Shown here: piece after piece, positions 49,213 through 59,094 of the stretch | Numbering within the stretch: position 1 is the first letter of the stretch | Layout of the letters: each line of letters begins with the position of its first letter | Assembly (NCBI GenBank): GCA_043822245.1 | Contig: JBDRBY010000081.1 | Location: 10,773-74,772 of the forward strand | Source: Candidatus Omnitrophota bacterium | GTDB lineage: Bacteria; Omnitrophota; Gorgyraeia; Tantalellales; Tantalellaceae | Direction of reading: 5' to 3' | Length of the DNA: 64,000 bases | Program-made: the position numbers and the translations under genes | Notes under the pieces: model-generated | Database searches by the model: none | Told to the model about the DNA's origin: nothing | The model's input: only the letters and a program-made list of their open reading frames with translations

Positions 49213-50301
49213 ATGAATAGAGACGGGAAAATAGTTTTATTAGCGGTGTTTATTTTAACTATGATAGGGATAGTTATGATCTATTCCTCAAGCGCGGTGT
49301 ATGCCCACAAGACATATGCCGATAGCATGTATTTTACCAAGAGGCATTTGGAGTATCTTGCCGCCGGTTTATTGTGCGCTGTATTTTGCATGGCTATTTC
49401 CGTTGAAAGGGTAAAAGATAACGCGAAATGGATAATGCTGTTTACCCTACTTCTTCTAACGGCTGTGCTAATTCCAGGGATAGGCACGGAAGCTTCGGGG
49501 GCTCGCAGATGGATACGTTTTTTCGGCCATGGTTTTCAGCCGTCAGAAGTGGCGAAGCTCGCGTTGATTATTTATCTTGCTGATTTCACTTCGCGGAAAA
49601 AATATATTATGCGTAGTTTTAGGCACGGCTTTTTACCCGCGCTTGCTGTCATAGGGTTTACCGGCGCGATAATTTTAATGGAACCGGATATGGGAACTTT
49701 TGTTTCAGTATTAAGTATAGGTCTGGTTATGTTGTTTTCTTCAGGCGTGCGTTTAAGACATTTGTTTTTTACCGGCCTGGCGGCCTTGCCGGTATTGGCG
49801 GCCGCTGTCGCTTTGGAACCGTACCGCGTAATGCGTGTTCTAACGGTTTTTAACCCTTGGAAAGACGCGAAAGGCGCCGGGTTTCAGCTCATACAGTCTT
49901 TTATAGCTTTAGGTTCTGGCGGTTTTTTTGGAGTAGGGCTTGGAGCGTCACAACAGAAACTTTTCTATTTGCCGGAATCGCACACTGATTTTATTTTTTC
50001 AATTATTGGAGAAGAATTGGGTTTTTTGGGTACAGGGTCCGTTCTCGCGTTATTCGCCGTGCTCATATGTTTTTGTTTTAAGATAGCGTTCAAGCTTAGG
50101 GATAAGTTTTCTTCAAGTGTTGTTTTTGGGGTGGGATCAATGATCGCGTTTGAAGTTGTTGTGAATGTGGGGGTATCTACGGGTGTTCTCCCAACCAAGG
50201 GGCTGCCGCTGCCCTTTATAAGCTACGGCGGAAGTTCTTTGGTATGCCATTTAGCGGCCATAGGGCTTGTGCTTAATATGTCTAGAAGGACGGAGCAGTA
50301 G
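49213..50301 (+). CDS. ftsW: SEDS peptidoglycan polymerase FtsW
   Basis: 'GARRWI', 'QPSE', 'LPESHTDFIF', 'LPFISYGGSS'. Start moved past a heptamer repeat. Confidence 0.95.
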   Translation: MNRDGKIVLLAVFILTMIGIVMIYSSSAVYAHKTYADSMYFTKRHLEYLAAGLLCAVFCMAISVERVKDNAKWIMLFTLLLLTAVLIPGIGTEASGARRWIRFFGHGFQPSEVAKLALIIYLADFTSRKKYIMRSFRHGFLPALAVIGFTGAIILMEPDMGTFVSVLSIGLVMLFSSGVRLRHLFFTGLAALPVLAAAVALEPYRVMRVLTVFNPWKDAKGAGFQLIQSFIALGSGGFFGVGLGASQQKLFYLPESHTDFIFSIIGEELGFLGTGSVLALFAVLICFCFKIAFKLRDKFSSSVVFGVGSMIAFEVVVNVGVSTGVLPTKGLPLPFISYGGSSLVCHLAAIGLVLNMSRRTEQ

Positions 50302-50304
50302 TTT

Positions 50305-51435
50305 ATGAAAATTATACTTGCCGCAGGCGGAAGCGGAGGGCATATTTTCCCTGCCGTGGCTTTAGCCGCGGAACTTAAAAAACGCGGGATTAAAGATATT
50401 TTTTTTGTTTCAAGCAAAAGGCGTTTAGATAAAAGCATCTTGGATGCTCAGAAGCATAGATGTTTTTTTCTTTCCGTGAATCCCTTGCCCGGAGGGTTTA
50501 AGCCGTTGGGTTTTTTTGTTTTCGCGATAAAGTTTTTCGTTGATATGGTAAGAGCTGGTGGGATTGTATTGAAGATACGGCCGGATGTTGTGGTAGGGTT
50601 CGGCGGATATTCTTCCTGCGCCATAGCGGTAACGGCATGGATTTTTAAAATTCCGGTTATGGTTCATGAGCAGAACATCGAGCCGGGAATCGCGAACAAA
50701 ATGTTGAGCCGTCTCGCCAAACGTATCGCGATTAGTTTTAGGGGGGCTGAAGGGTGTTTTGGTTACGTGAAAGAAAAAATTTTTTATTCAGGAAATCCTT
50801 TGAGGATGGATATTTTGTTTAATGATAGAAAAAAATCTGCTGAGAAATTAGGTATTGCTTCTGACAAATTTACCGTTTTAGTAATAGGGGGCAGTCAGGG
50901 GGCCTCGTTTTTGAATAAGATAGCCTCAGAATGCGCGTTAGTGATAAAAGAGCGAATGGGTGATATGGCGCAATTTATTCACATTACAGGACGCCAAAAT
51001 GACGAAAGAATAAGAGAGTTTTACCGTGTAAATAAAATTAACGGCAAAGTTTACGCGTTTTTGGAAAACATAGCCGACGCGTACGCGGCAAGTGATGTAG
51101 CCGTGAGCCGCTCCGGCGCGGCCGCGATATTTGAACTGGCGTTTTATGGGAAGCCCATGATTTTGGTGCCATATCCAAATCCGAAAAATAGTCAAAAACA
51201 TAACGCTGTGTATTTTTCGAAAAACGGAGCCGCGCTCCTTCGAGAAGAAAAGGAACTTGATTGTAACGGCTTAGCCTCTGATGTCATCAAATTTTTAAAC
51301 AATGAATCTTATCGAGCCGACATGGCAAAAGCCGCGTTAAAACTTGCTGTTCCCGAAGCAGGAAGTGTTTTAGCGGAGGAAGTGATAAAAATGGCAAAAT
51401 GTAGGGCAAAGGCATGCCTGTGCCGATGTGAATGA
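50305..51435 (+). CDS. murG: Lipid II GlcNAc transferase
   Basis: 'GGSGGHIFP', 'HEQN', 'GNP', 'GGSQGA', 'RSGA'. Confidence 0.96.
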   Translation: MKIILAAGGSGGHIFPAVALAAELKKRGIKDIFFVSSKRRLDKSILDAQKHRCFFLSVNPLPGGFKPLGFFVFAIKFFVDMVRAGGIVLKIRPDVVVGFGGYSSCAIAVTAWIFKIPVMVHEQNIEPGIANKMLSRLAKRIAISFRGAEGCFGYVKEKIFYSGNPLRMDILFNDRKKSAEKLGIASDKFTVLVIGGSQGASFLNKIASECALVIKERMGDMAQFIHITGRQNDERIREFYRVNKINGKVYAFLENIADAYAASDVAVSRSGAAAIFELAFYGKPMILVPYPNPKNSQKHNAVYFSKNGAALLREEKELDCNGLASDVIKFLNNESYRADMAKAALKLAVPEAGSVLAEEVIKMAKCRAKACLCRCE

Positions 51436-51444
51436 AGGAGACCA

Positions 51445-52848
51445 ATGCGGAAAATACATTTTATAGGGATTGGCGGGATAGGGATGAGCGCTTTGGCGAG
51501 TATATATTTGTCTTGGGGGCATAGAGTGGCGGGGTCGGACCTTAAACTTAATAATTTGACGGAAAAGTTGTCCCAAGGTGGCGCTTTGATATTTGAAGGC
51601 CATTCCGCGGGTAATGTGAAAAGTGATTTTGATATTGTGGTGCGCTCCGCTTGTATAAGAGAAAATAACCCTGAGGTTATCGCGGCGCGGAAATTGAACA
51701 TACCTGTTATTTCAAGAAGCGAACTGTTAAGAAAAGTTTTACATGAATTCAATTTTTCTTTGGTGGTTACCGGAACGCACGGGAAAACAACTACAAGTTC
51801 TTTGATCGCGTGTATCATGGAGCGTATCGGAAAAAATCCCACGGTTGTTGTCGGCGGAGAGACCGAGCTTTTTGACGGCAATGCCAAACAGGGCGAGGGC
51901 GGCATGATTGTCGCTGAACTTGATGAAAGCGACGGTTATTTTCGAAACGTCAGTTCCACATGCGCGGTAGTAACTAATGTGGAAGAAGAACATATGGAAA
52001 ATTACGGTTCTTTTGAAAATCTAAAAAAAGCTTATGGAGAGCTTATTGGAAAAATTTGTCCGGATGGTTTTTTTGTTTTTAATGGAGAAGACGCGCAACT
52101 TAACAGTCTAAAGTCAAAAACCAAGGCAAAAAAAATTAGTTTTGGCATTAACGGTGATTTCGATGTAACCTGTCAAAATTATTCATGGAAAGATTCCATA
52201 GCTTTCGATTTGATTATATCTGGGAAAAATTACGCCAGGATAGAAAGCCCCCTCATAGGGCGTCATAATATGATGAATATTTTAGCGGCCGTGGCCGCTT
52301 GTACAGCTTCCGGAACTCTCGCCCCGGGAGCTGTTTTGTTGACTGAAGCACTCAAGTCTTTTAAGGGAGTTAAAAGGCGGTTTGAGTTGATGGGTAAGGT
52401 AGGCGGGATAAGGGTAATAGAGGATTACGCGCATCACCCGACAGAATTAAAGGCAGTTATTACCGCGGCGGCGGCCTCAGCACCGGCGAGGCTCATATGC
52501 GTGTTCCAGCCGCATCGTTATACTCGTACTCGTGATTTAATGAATGAGTTTTCAAAATGTTTTGACATGACGGATGTTTTAGTGTTAACTCCTATATATC
52601 CCGCGGGAGAAGAGAAGATTGAGGGAATAAGCTCTCGGGTTCTTTGTGATAAAATTGACTCTGCTTTGTTTGAAAAACTAACGGTTATGGAGAAAAAGAA
52701 TGTCTCTGATTTTCTCGCGGGTTTTGTTAAAGAAAATGATACTATTCTAATTCTAGGCGCCGGTGATATCAGGGAAATAAGCAAAGAGGTAATTAGTTCA
52801 TTGGCTGACGAACTAACGGCCGGCAGAAAAGGAGTTTTCTTATGTTAG
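51445..52848 (+). CDS. murC: UDP-MurNAc:L-Ala ligase
   Basis: 'GIGGIGMS', 'GTHGKTTT', 'DYAHHPTE', 'FQPHRY'. Confidence 0.97.
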   Translation: MRKIHFIGIGGIGMSALASIYLSWGHRVAGSDLKLNNLTEKLSQGGALIFEGHSAGNVKSDFDIVVRSACIRENNPEVIAARKLNIPVISRSELLRKVLHEFNFSLVVTGTHGKTTTSSLIACIMERIGKNPTVVVGGETELFDGNAKQGEGGMIVAELDESDGYFRNVSSTCAVVTNVEEEHMENYGSFENLKKAYGELIGKICPDGFFVFNGEDAQLNSLKSKTKAKKISFGINGDFDVTCQNYSWKDSIAFDLIISGKNYARIESPLIGRHNMMNILAAVAACTASGTLAPGAVLLTEALKSFKGVKRRFELMGKVGGIRVIEDYAHHPTELKAVITAAAASAPARLICVFQPHRYTRTRDLMNEFSKCFDMTDVLVLTPIYPAGEEKIEGISSRVLCDKIDSALFEKLTVMEKKNVSDFLAGFVKENDTILILGAGDIREISKEVISSLADELTAGRKGVFLC

Positions 52849-53756
52849 ACAGTAATATCCTGGATAAAATTGAGAAAATATGCCGCGGCCATGGTGGAGA
52901 GATAATTTTTAATTATCCTCTCGAGAAACACAGCACAATAGGTATTGGAGGCAGCGCCGGAGTTTTGTATAAACCTGCCGGGGTTGAAGAATTAAAAGAA
53001 GTGAAGTTTCTTCTTGATAACCTCCGAATTGTATCAGTTGTTATTGGTAGAGGCAGTAATGTGCTGATACCCGATGATGGGGTAGATAATTTTGTTATCA
53101 ACCTTTCGAATGCTTCTTTTCGTGAAATAGTAATTGAAGATGATATGGTTTTCGCGGGTTCCGGTGTGTTTTTGGAAAGACTTATCGCTGATTGCTGTAC
53201 GCGCGGGCTTTCCGGATTGGAAGGCCTCTCTGGTATTCCCGCGACAGTCGGAGGGGCGCTCAGGATGAACGCTTCACACAAAACTGAAATAAGCAGGCAC
53301 CTGGTTAAGGTTTTGGTTATGGACTCTAAAGGGAAAGTTGAGTGGAAAGACAAAGATGAATTAAAGTTTCATTATCGGGGTTCTTCATTTAATAAAAATG
53401 ACATAATTCTTCAGGCGGTTTTCGGCCTCGGGAAAGATAAAGCGGATGATATAAAAAAAAGGATGAAGGAGTATTTTTCGGAAAAAGTCAGGAATCAGCC
53501 GATTGGCCAGAAGACTTTAGGATGTGTGTTTAAAAATCCCAAAGATTGTCAATATTCCGCCGGTGAATTAATTGACAGGCTGGGACTAAAAGGGCGTAAG
53601 AAGGGTGGCGCTGAAATATCGCAAAGGCACGCGAATTTTATCGTGAACACGGGAAAAGCGGTGTCTAATGACGTGCGGCAGCTTATGGCAGTTATGGAAA
53701 AAGCAGTGCGAGAGAATTTTTCAATTAAATTAGAGTCTGAGATTGAAATATGGTAG
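52842..53756 (+). CDS. murB: UDP-N-acetylenolpyruvoylglucosamine reductase
   Basis: 'GRGSNVL', 'GIPATVGGALRMNA', 'GCVFKNP', 'HANF'. Confidence 0.95.
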   Translation: MLDSNILDKIEKICRGHGGEIIFNYPLEKHSTIGIGGSAGVLYKPAGVEELKEVKFLLDNLRIVSVVIGRGSNVLIPDDGVDNFVINLSNASFREIVIEDDMVFAGSGVFLERLIADCCTRGLSGLEGLSGIPATVGGALRMNASHKTEISRHLVKVLVMDSKGKVEWKDKDELKFHYRGSSFNKNDIILQAVFGLGKDKADDIKKRMKEYFSEKVRNQPIGQKTLGCVFKNPKDCQYSAGELIDRLGLKGRKKGGAEISQRHANFIVNTGKAVSNDVRQLMAVMEKAVRENFSIKLESEIEIW

Positions 53757-54724
53757 AAAATTATCGAATTGGAGTCCTTGCCGGCGGGTCGTCCAGCGAA
53801 AGACAAATAAGCCTTCGAAGCGGCAAAGCGGTTTTTAACGCGTTGAAGGGGAATGGGTTTGATGTTCTCTTTCTTGATGTTGATGAAAATAATTTTTTAA
53901 AGCGGATAAAAGAAAATAAGGTTGACATTGCTTTTATCGCTTTACACGGCAAATTCGGAGAAGACGGGACTGTTCAAAAAATACTTGAGGAGGAGGGAAT
54001 TTCTTATACCGGTTCATCTGTTGAAGCCTCTCGGTTAGCTATTGATAAATTATTGACAAAGGATATTTTAAGGAAGAACGGCATACCTGTTCCCGGATAC
54101 AAAATTGTTCACAAAGGTATGGATATTTCTTGTTTGGATTTAGTTTATCCCTGTGTGGTCAAGCCCCGATATGAAGGTTCAAGTGTAGGGCTTTCTGTTC
54201 TTCATTCCAAAGAAAATTTATACGAAGCTGTAAAAACTGCTATGCGGTATAGCGATGATGTTATTATTGAGGATTTTATTTCGGGTAGAGAAGTAACGGT
54301 TGGTATACTTGAGCGAAAGGCTCTTCCTGTTGTGGAAATAATTGCTGAGACGGGAGTTTATGATTTTGACGCGAAATATGAGTCATCCAAGACAAAGTAT
54401 ATCGTGCCGGCGGAATTAGATAAGGACGTTTTTTGTCTATGCCAGGAGATTTCTTTAAAAGCGCATAACGCTCTTGGATGTGGAGATTTTTCACGAGTAG
54501 ATTTAAGACTGAGGGCAAAAAATGAGGTTTTTGTGTTGGAGATTAATACCATACCGGGCCTTACTGAGCGTAGTCTTCTTCCTATGGCCGCGAAAGCGTG
54601 TGGATTGGATTTTTTACAAGTTTGTGTTAAGATGATGGGGGGGGGTATGCGAAGTAAAGGAAAAATTGAAAAAGACGTAGAGACGCGATTTATCGCGTCT
54701 CATACCGATGTTCCGGCCGTGTAG
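53750..54724 (+). CDS. ddl: D-alanine--D-alanine ligase
   Basis: 'GGSSSER', 'LHGKFGEDG', 'GSSVG', 'EINTIPG'; the last ~23 aa are encoded by the dispersed repeat. Confidence 0.95.
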   Translation: MVENYRIGVLAGGSSSERQISLRSGKAVFNALKGNGFDVLFLDVDENNFLKRIKENKVDIAFIALHGKFGEDGTVQKILEEEGISYTGSSVEASRLAIDKLLTKDILRKNGIPVPGYKIVHKGMDISCLDLVYPCVVKPRYEGSSVGLSVLHSKENLYEAVKTAMRYSDDVIIEDFISGREVTVGILERKALPVVEIIAETGVYDFDAKYESSKTKYIVPAELDKDVFCLCQEISLKAHNALGCGDFSRVDLRLRAKNEVFVLEINTIPGLTERSLLPMAAKACGLDFLQVCVKMMGGGMRSKGKIEKDVETRFIASHTDVPAV

Positions 54725-54833
54725 GATGCTGGGGTAAATCTTCTACGCATATTTCCCCCAAACGGCACGGACATTAATTCGACTAATGGTTTCAGAACAA
54801 TGCTTGTTCTGAAACCAAAGTCTCTTTAAGGAG
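54655..54833 (+). repeat. ~180-bp structured dispersed repeat, copy 2
   Basis: Aligns with 31410..31589 with scattered substitutions and one indel. Confidence 0.85.
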
Positions 54834-54835
54834 AT

Positions 54836-55633
54836 ATGGTGGCAAGAAAGGGTGAATCGCGAAGAAGAAAGAGAAAAGTTGGAAAGAATGTTTCTCTTGT
54901 GAGGACAAGGATAACAAAGTTTGTTTTGACTATTCTTTTTTGTGGGGCGGTATCCGCCGGGGTTTTTTATGGCCTCCGGCATTTTTTTGTTAATAACCCG
55001 CTTTTTGACGTAAAAGATGTAACCGTAACCACGAGCAAAGGCTATTTTTTTGAACAGGGCGAGCAAAACATAAAAAATTTGTACAGGGGAAGAAATATTT
55101 TTTCCATTAATCTTAAACAAGTCCAACTATTATTTGAGAATGAATTTCCGCAGGTAAAAGAGGTTGAGGTAAAGAGAATTTTACCTGATAAGATAGAGAT
55201 TGATGTTATAGGAAGAGAGCCGCGGGCTTTAATAAATTTTGGAGGGGGAATTATCATTGATAAGGACGCGGTTGTTCTTGCTATAGGGGCAAAGGCTGAA
55301 AATTTGGTGCAAATACAGGGAATTACGTTTTTTATGAATATGCCAAGGAAAGGTGAAACTATAAAAAATGAGTTTTTGGATAAGGCGTTGCTTTTGTGTG
55401 AAGGCCTGTACGAAAACATGAAGATGTACCGCAAAGAAGTAAAATATATCGATATTTCGGACAGAAATAGTATTGTTTTAGGATTTTGTGATGTAGAAAT
55501 AAAGATGGGGGCAAGCGGTTTTTCTAAAAAGATTGCTAAATTAAAAGAGATAAGAGAAGACCCGAATATGCGTATGGGAGATATAAGATATGTAGATCTT
55601 CGATTTGAAGATTCAGTTATATCGTTGAAGTAG
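54836..55633 (+). CDS. ftsQ: Cell division protein FtsQ/DivIB
   Basis: Basic N-tail, TM helix, POTRA 'VKRILPDKIEIDV', C-terminal 'YVDLRF'; position between ddl and ftsA. Confidence 0.85.
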   Translation: MVARKGESRRRKRKVGKNVSLVRTRITKFVLTILFCGAVSAGVFYGLRHFFVNNPLFDVKDVTVTTSKGYFFEQGEQNIKNLYRGRNIFSINLKQVQLLFENEFPQVKEVEVKRILPDKIEIDVIGREPRALINFGGGIIIDKDAVVLAIGAKAENLVQIQGITFFMNMPRKGETIKNEFLDKALLLCEGLYENMKMYRKEVKYIDISDRNSIVLGFCDVEIKMGASGFSKKIAKLKEIREDPNMRMGDIRYVDLRFEDSVISLK

Positions 55634-55644
55634 TCCGCGCTGTT

Positions 55645-56724
55645 ATGAACTACGAACCAGATAGGAGTAAAATGGACCGCTGTTTTGCCGTACTTAATGC
55701 CTCAGATGAAAGAATCACAGCTCTTGCCGCGAGCTGGCACAATAACAGTAATGGCTGGAAAATAGAAGATTTTTGTTACGCGAACGCGAAAGGTTTTGAA
55801 AAAGGCAGGGTTTTGGATGTTGCTTTAGCCGCGGATTCTATTTGTGATGTAGTGGACAAATTGAAAACTAAATCCGGAAAAAATATTCAACAGGTGTATG
55901 CCGGAGTAAGTTCTTCTTCAATTGATGTGATTTCATCCAGAGGAGTGATAATACTATCCAGGTACGGTGGAGAGGTTTCGAAAAGGGGCATAGCCAGATG
56001 TATGGACATAGCTGCTACTATTAAGATTCCCCTCAATAGAGAAATCTTACACAAAATGACATGTGCTTTTTTTATAGACGGAGAAAAAGTAAATAATCCT
56101 ATGGGATTGGAGGCTACAAAGTTGGGGATTGAGTTAAATATTTTTACCATTCCTTCTTCTGTGGTAAACAATATGGCCAAAGCCATTTCCCAGGCGGGAT
56201 TTGTTCCAAAGGGGTTCGTTTTTTCAGGAATCGCTTCAGCCCATAGGGTTTTAACTGAAGGAGACAAAGAAAAAGGTACGGTATTGTTGGATATGGGCAG
56301 AGACATGACAGAGGCCTTGTTTTTTTCCCGAGGCAACTTAATGGGGTGTAAAATTTTGCCAATAGGTGTAAATGAAATTTGGCAGAATCAAGGGAAAATG
56401 GATATTAATAACTTAAAACATTTGGTTTCAGAAGTCAATACGTTATCCAAAGGGGAGAAACTGAATAAGGTTGTAATTGTGGGAGATGACGCGGAGATAG
56501 AAAATTTGGTTGAACTGCTGGAAGTGAATTTTAGATGTCCTGTTAAGATTGGATCTTGCCTTACGAGGCCGCTTGAAGAACTGCCGGTAGATAGAGACGG
56601 CTACATAAGAAACTTGGGAATTTTAGACCACCTCATGGAAGAGAGAAAAAAGGAAGATTTGGGAGGAAATATCGTTTCATCCGTTTTTAAAAAAATCTTA
56701 AATTTTTGCGACTCTTATTTTTGA
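55645..56724 (+). CDS. ftsA: Divergent, shortened FtsA
   Basis: 'GFEKGRVLD', SHS2/1C region 'REILH...FFIDG..VNNPMGLEA', 'VLTEGDKEKGTVLLDMG', amphipathic C-tail; position after ftsQ. Confidence 0.8.
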   Translation: MNYEPDRSKMDRCFAVLNASDERITALAASWHNNSNGWKIEDFCYANAKGFEKGRVLDVALAADSICDVVDKLKTKSGKNIQQVYAGVSSSSIDVISSRGVIILSRYGGEVSKRGIARCMDIAATIKIPLNREILHKMTCAFFIDGEKVNNPMGLEATKLGIELNIFTIPSSVVNNMAKAISQAGFVPKGFVFSGIASAHRVLTEGDKEKGTVLLDMGRDMTEALFFSRGNLMGCKILPIGVNEIWQNQGKMDINNLKHLVSEVNTLSKGEKLNKVVIVGDDAEIENLVELLEVNFRCPVKIGSCLTRPLEELPVDRDGYIRNLGILDHLMEERKKEDLGGNIVSSVFKKILNFCDSYF

Positions 56725-56752
56725 AATAAACCACCGGATGCCTACCGAATTA

Positions 56753-56781
56753 TTGACTTTGGCGTTAAAGTATGGTACTTT
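56753..56781 (+). promoter_or_regulatory. Putative sigma70 promoter for the proC operon
   Basis: TTGACT-17 nt-TACTTT with TG. Confidence 0.45.
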
Positions 56782-56815
56782 TAACCATCGCGAAGGGTAC
56801 TGCGAGGCGTAATAT

Positions 56816-57625
56816 ATGAAAAGTATTGTCGAAAGTATAGGTATCATAGGGTGCGGGAATATGGGAAGCGCTATAGCGAGCGCGCTTGCCGAAAAGGGTA
56901 CGATTTCTCTTCGAGACATGTCTTTGTACGATAAAGACACACGCAAACGGGATATTCTTGCCGAGAAAACCGGTTGCCGGAAGAGGGATTTATTTGATTT
57001 AGTAAAATCTTCTGAAATTTTAATCGTCGCGATTAAGCCGCGGGATTTTGACGAACTTGCTGAGAGTATCGCGCGAAATATAAGAACAACTCAAACAATT
57101 GTGTCTGTAATGGCGGGGATAAAAATACATGCCATAGCTGAAAAATTAGGGAAAGATCTCGCGATAGCCAGGGCGATGCCTAATATGTCCGCGTTTGTTC
57201 GGGAGAGTATGACCTGTGTTTCATTTAACGCGAAGGTTCAGAATGAAAATGGAATACTGAGTATTTTTGCCAGTATAGGCAGGGTTTTAGAAATAGAAGA
57301 GTGTTTTATGGACGCGGTAACCGCGCTTTCAGGGAGCGGGCCCGCTTATTTTTTTTATTTAGCGGACGCTATGATAAAAGCGGGCAGAGAAACAGGTCTT
57401 GATAAGAAAATCGCGGAGGAGTTAGTTATCCAGACTTTTTACGGTTCTGCCGCGCTTATGCGGGATTCCGGCGGTACGCCTGAAGATTTAATAGAAAAAG
57501 TAGCTTCTAAGGGCGGAACCACGGAAACAGCTTTAAAGGTATTTGATGAGAAAAGGGTAAAAGATGCCGTTAAAGAGGCTGTGGCGAAGGCAAAAAAAAG
57601 AGCGGAAGAATTATCACGGGGGTGA
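56816..57625 (+). CDS. proC: Pyrroline-5-carboxylate reductase
   Basis: 'GCGNMG', 'RAMPN', 'ALSGSGPAY', 'VASKGGTT'. Confidence 0.96.
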   Translation: MKSIVESIGIIGCGNMGSAIASALAEKGTISLRDMSLYDKDTRKRDILAEKTGCRKRDLFDLVKSSEILIVAIKPRDFDELAESIARNIRTTQTIVSVMAGIKIHAIAEKLGKDLAIARAMPNMSAFVRESMTCVSFNAKVQNENGILSIFASIGRVLEIEECFMDAVTALSGSGPAYFFYLADAMIKAGRETGLDKKIAEELVIQTFYGSAALMRDSGGTPEDLIEKVASKGGTTETALKVFDEKRVKDAVKEAVAKAKKRAEELSRG

Positions 57626-57634
57626 TTTAGAATA

Positions 57635-57931
57635 ATGTTTATTATCGCTGAATTTGTTCGAAGCTTCGCGCTTTTAATATCGCTTCTTTTTAACATTATC
57701 TACTTTCTACTCATTATCCGAATCATTCTTTCATGGGTTAGCCCGGATCCATATAATGAAATTGTGCGAATTATTTACAAGATTACCGATCCTGTTTTAG
57801 TGCCGTTTAAAAGGCTTCCGCTAAACGTGGGAGCTATAGATTTTTCACCGATTGTCGCGTTTTTAACGCTGAGTGTCGCGAAAAGTTTTATAGTTAGTAT
57901 TTTGTACCAAATTGCGTCACGTCTGGGGTAA
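57635..57931 (+). CDS. yggT: YggT family membrane protein
   Basis: 'ILSWV.PDPYN', 'TDPVL.P', 'IDFSP'. Confidence 0.93.
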   Translation: MFIIAEFVRSFALLISLLFNIIYFLLIIRIILSWVSPDPYNEIVRIIYKITDPVLVPFKRLPLNVGAIDFSPIVAFLTLSVAKSFIVSILYQIASRLG

Positions 57932-57988
57932 CAAAAATAGGCAACGTACAGATACGGTTAATCGTGTATGTACGTTGATTTATACCAA

Positions 57989-58216
57989 ATGGCTGAACGA
58001 ATTGAAGTAAAAGTATTTCCAAAATCCTCACGCGAGGAGATTGTCGAAACAGACGGAATTATCAAAATTTATGTCAAGGCGGCTCCGGATAAAGGGAAAG
58101 CGAACGCGGCTGTGTTAAAAATTATAGCGAAAAAATATAAAACGAAAAAAAACAAAATTAAAATAATCGCGGGGCTTACAAACAAAAGAAAGGTAGTGGA
58201 GATATCAAAAGAATGA
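57989..58216 (+). CDS. DUF167 (YggU) family protein
   Basis: 'VKVFPKS', 'APDKGKAN', 'G.TNKRK'. Confidence 0.88.
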   Translation: MAERIEVKVFPKSSREEIVETDGIIKIYVKAAPDKGKANAAVLKIIAKKYKTKKNKIKIIAGLTNKRKVVEISKE

Positions 58217-59076
58217 AAAAAATAGGGATTATCGGGGGAAGCGCGCTTTACAATATAGAAGGGCTTAAGATTTCGAAGAAGAAGCGAATCAAGACTCCAT
58301 TTGGCGATCCGTCGGATGAATTTGTTTTTGGTGAATTGGCAGGAAAACAAGTAATTTTTTTGCCCAGGCACGGCAGTTCTCATAGCTTGTTGCCGACAGA
58401 AATAAATAACAAGGCGAATATTTACGCGTTCAAAATTTTAGATGTTGACCGCGTTATCTCTGTCTCGGCTGTCGGCAGTTTAAAGGAAGAGATTCTTCCA
58501 CTGGATGTGGTTCTTGTTGATCAATTTGTGGACAGGACTAATCAGGCTAGATTAACAACCTTTTTTGGTGAGGGGATTGTCGCTCATATCCCGTTCGCTG
58601 AACCTATATGCGCTAAGTTAAAAAAGGCCGTGTATGAGAATAATCAAAATCTTGGTGTTAAAATCCATGGCAAAGGCACATATTTGAACATGGAAGGCCC
58701 CGCGTTTTCAACAAAAGCGGAATCTCATCTCTATAGAAGTTGGGGTATGGATATCATAGGCATGACCAATATGCCTGAAGCGAGATTGGCCCGTGAAGCT
58801 GGAATTTGTTACGCTACAATGGCTATGGTAACGGATTATGACTGCTGGCGCGCCATGGGGGAAGAAGAGACGGTTTCGGTTGAAATGGTTATGGAAAATC
58901 TCAGGAAGAATGTGGATACGGCCAAGAAAATGCTGAGTAATACCATTAGGAATATGGCGGACGATTGGTCTTGCCCATGCGGACAAACTTTAAAACACGC
59001 GATTGTTACCCCAAAAGCCGCGGTTCCAAAAGCGACATTGAAGAAATTAAAACCTTTGATTGAAGGAGTTGTCTAA
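58213..59076 (+). CDS. mtnP: S-methyl-5'-thioadenosine phosphorylase
   Basis: 'GIIGGS', 'RHG', 'EGPAFSTKAES', 'GMTN.PE', 'TDYDCW'. Confidence 0.94.
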   Translation: MKKIGIIGGSALYNIEGLKISKKKRIKTPFGDPSDEFVFGELAGKQVIFLPRHGSSHSLLPTEINNKANIYAFKILDVDRVISVSAVGSLKEEILPLDVVLVDQFVDRTNQARLTTFFGEGIVAHIPFAEPICAKLKKAVYENNQNLGVKIHGKGTYLNMEGPAFSTKAESHLYRSWGMDIIGMTNMPEARLAREAGICYATMAMVTDYDCWRAMGEEETVSVEMVMENLRKNVDTAKKMLSNTIRNMADDWSCPCGQTLKHAIVTPKAAVPKATLKKLKPLIEGVV

Positions 59077-59094
59077 AATACGTTACACAAAACA

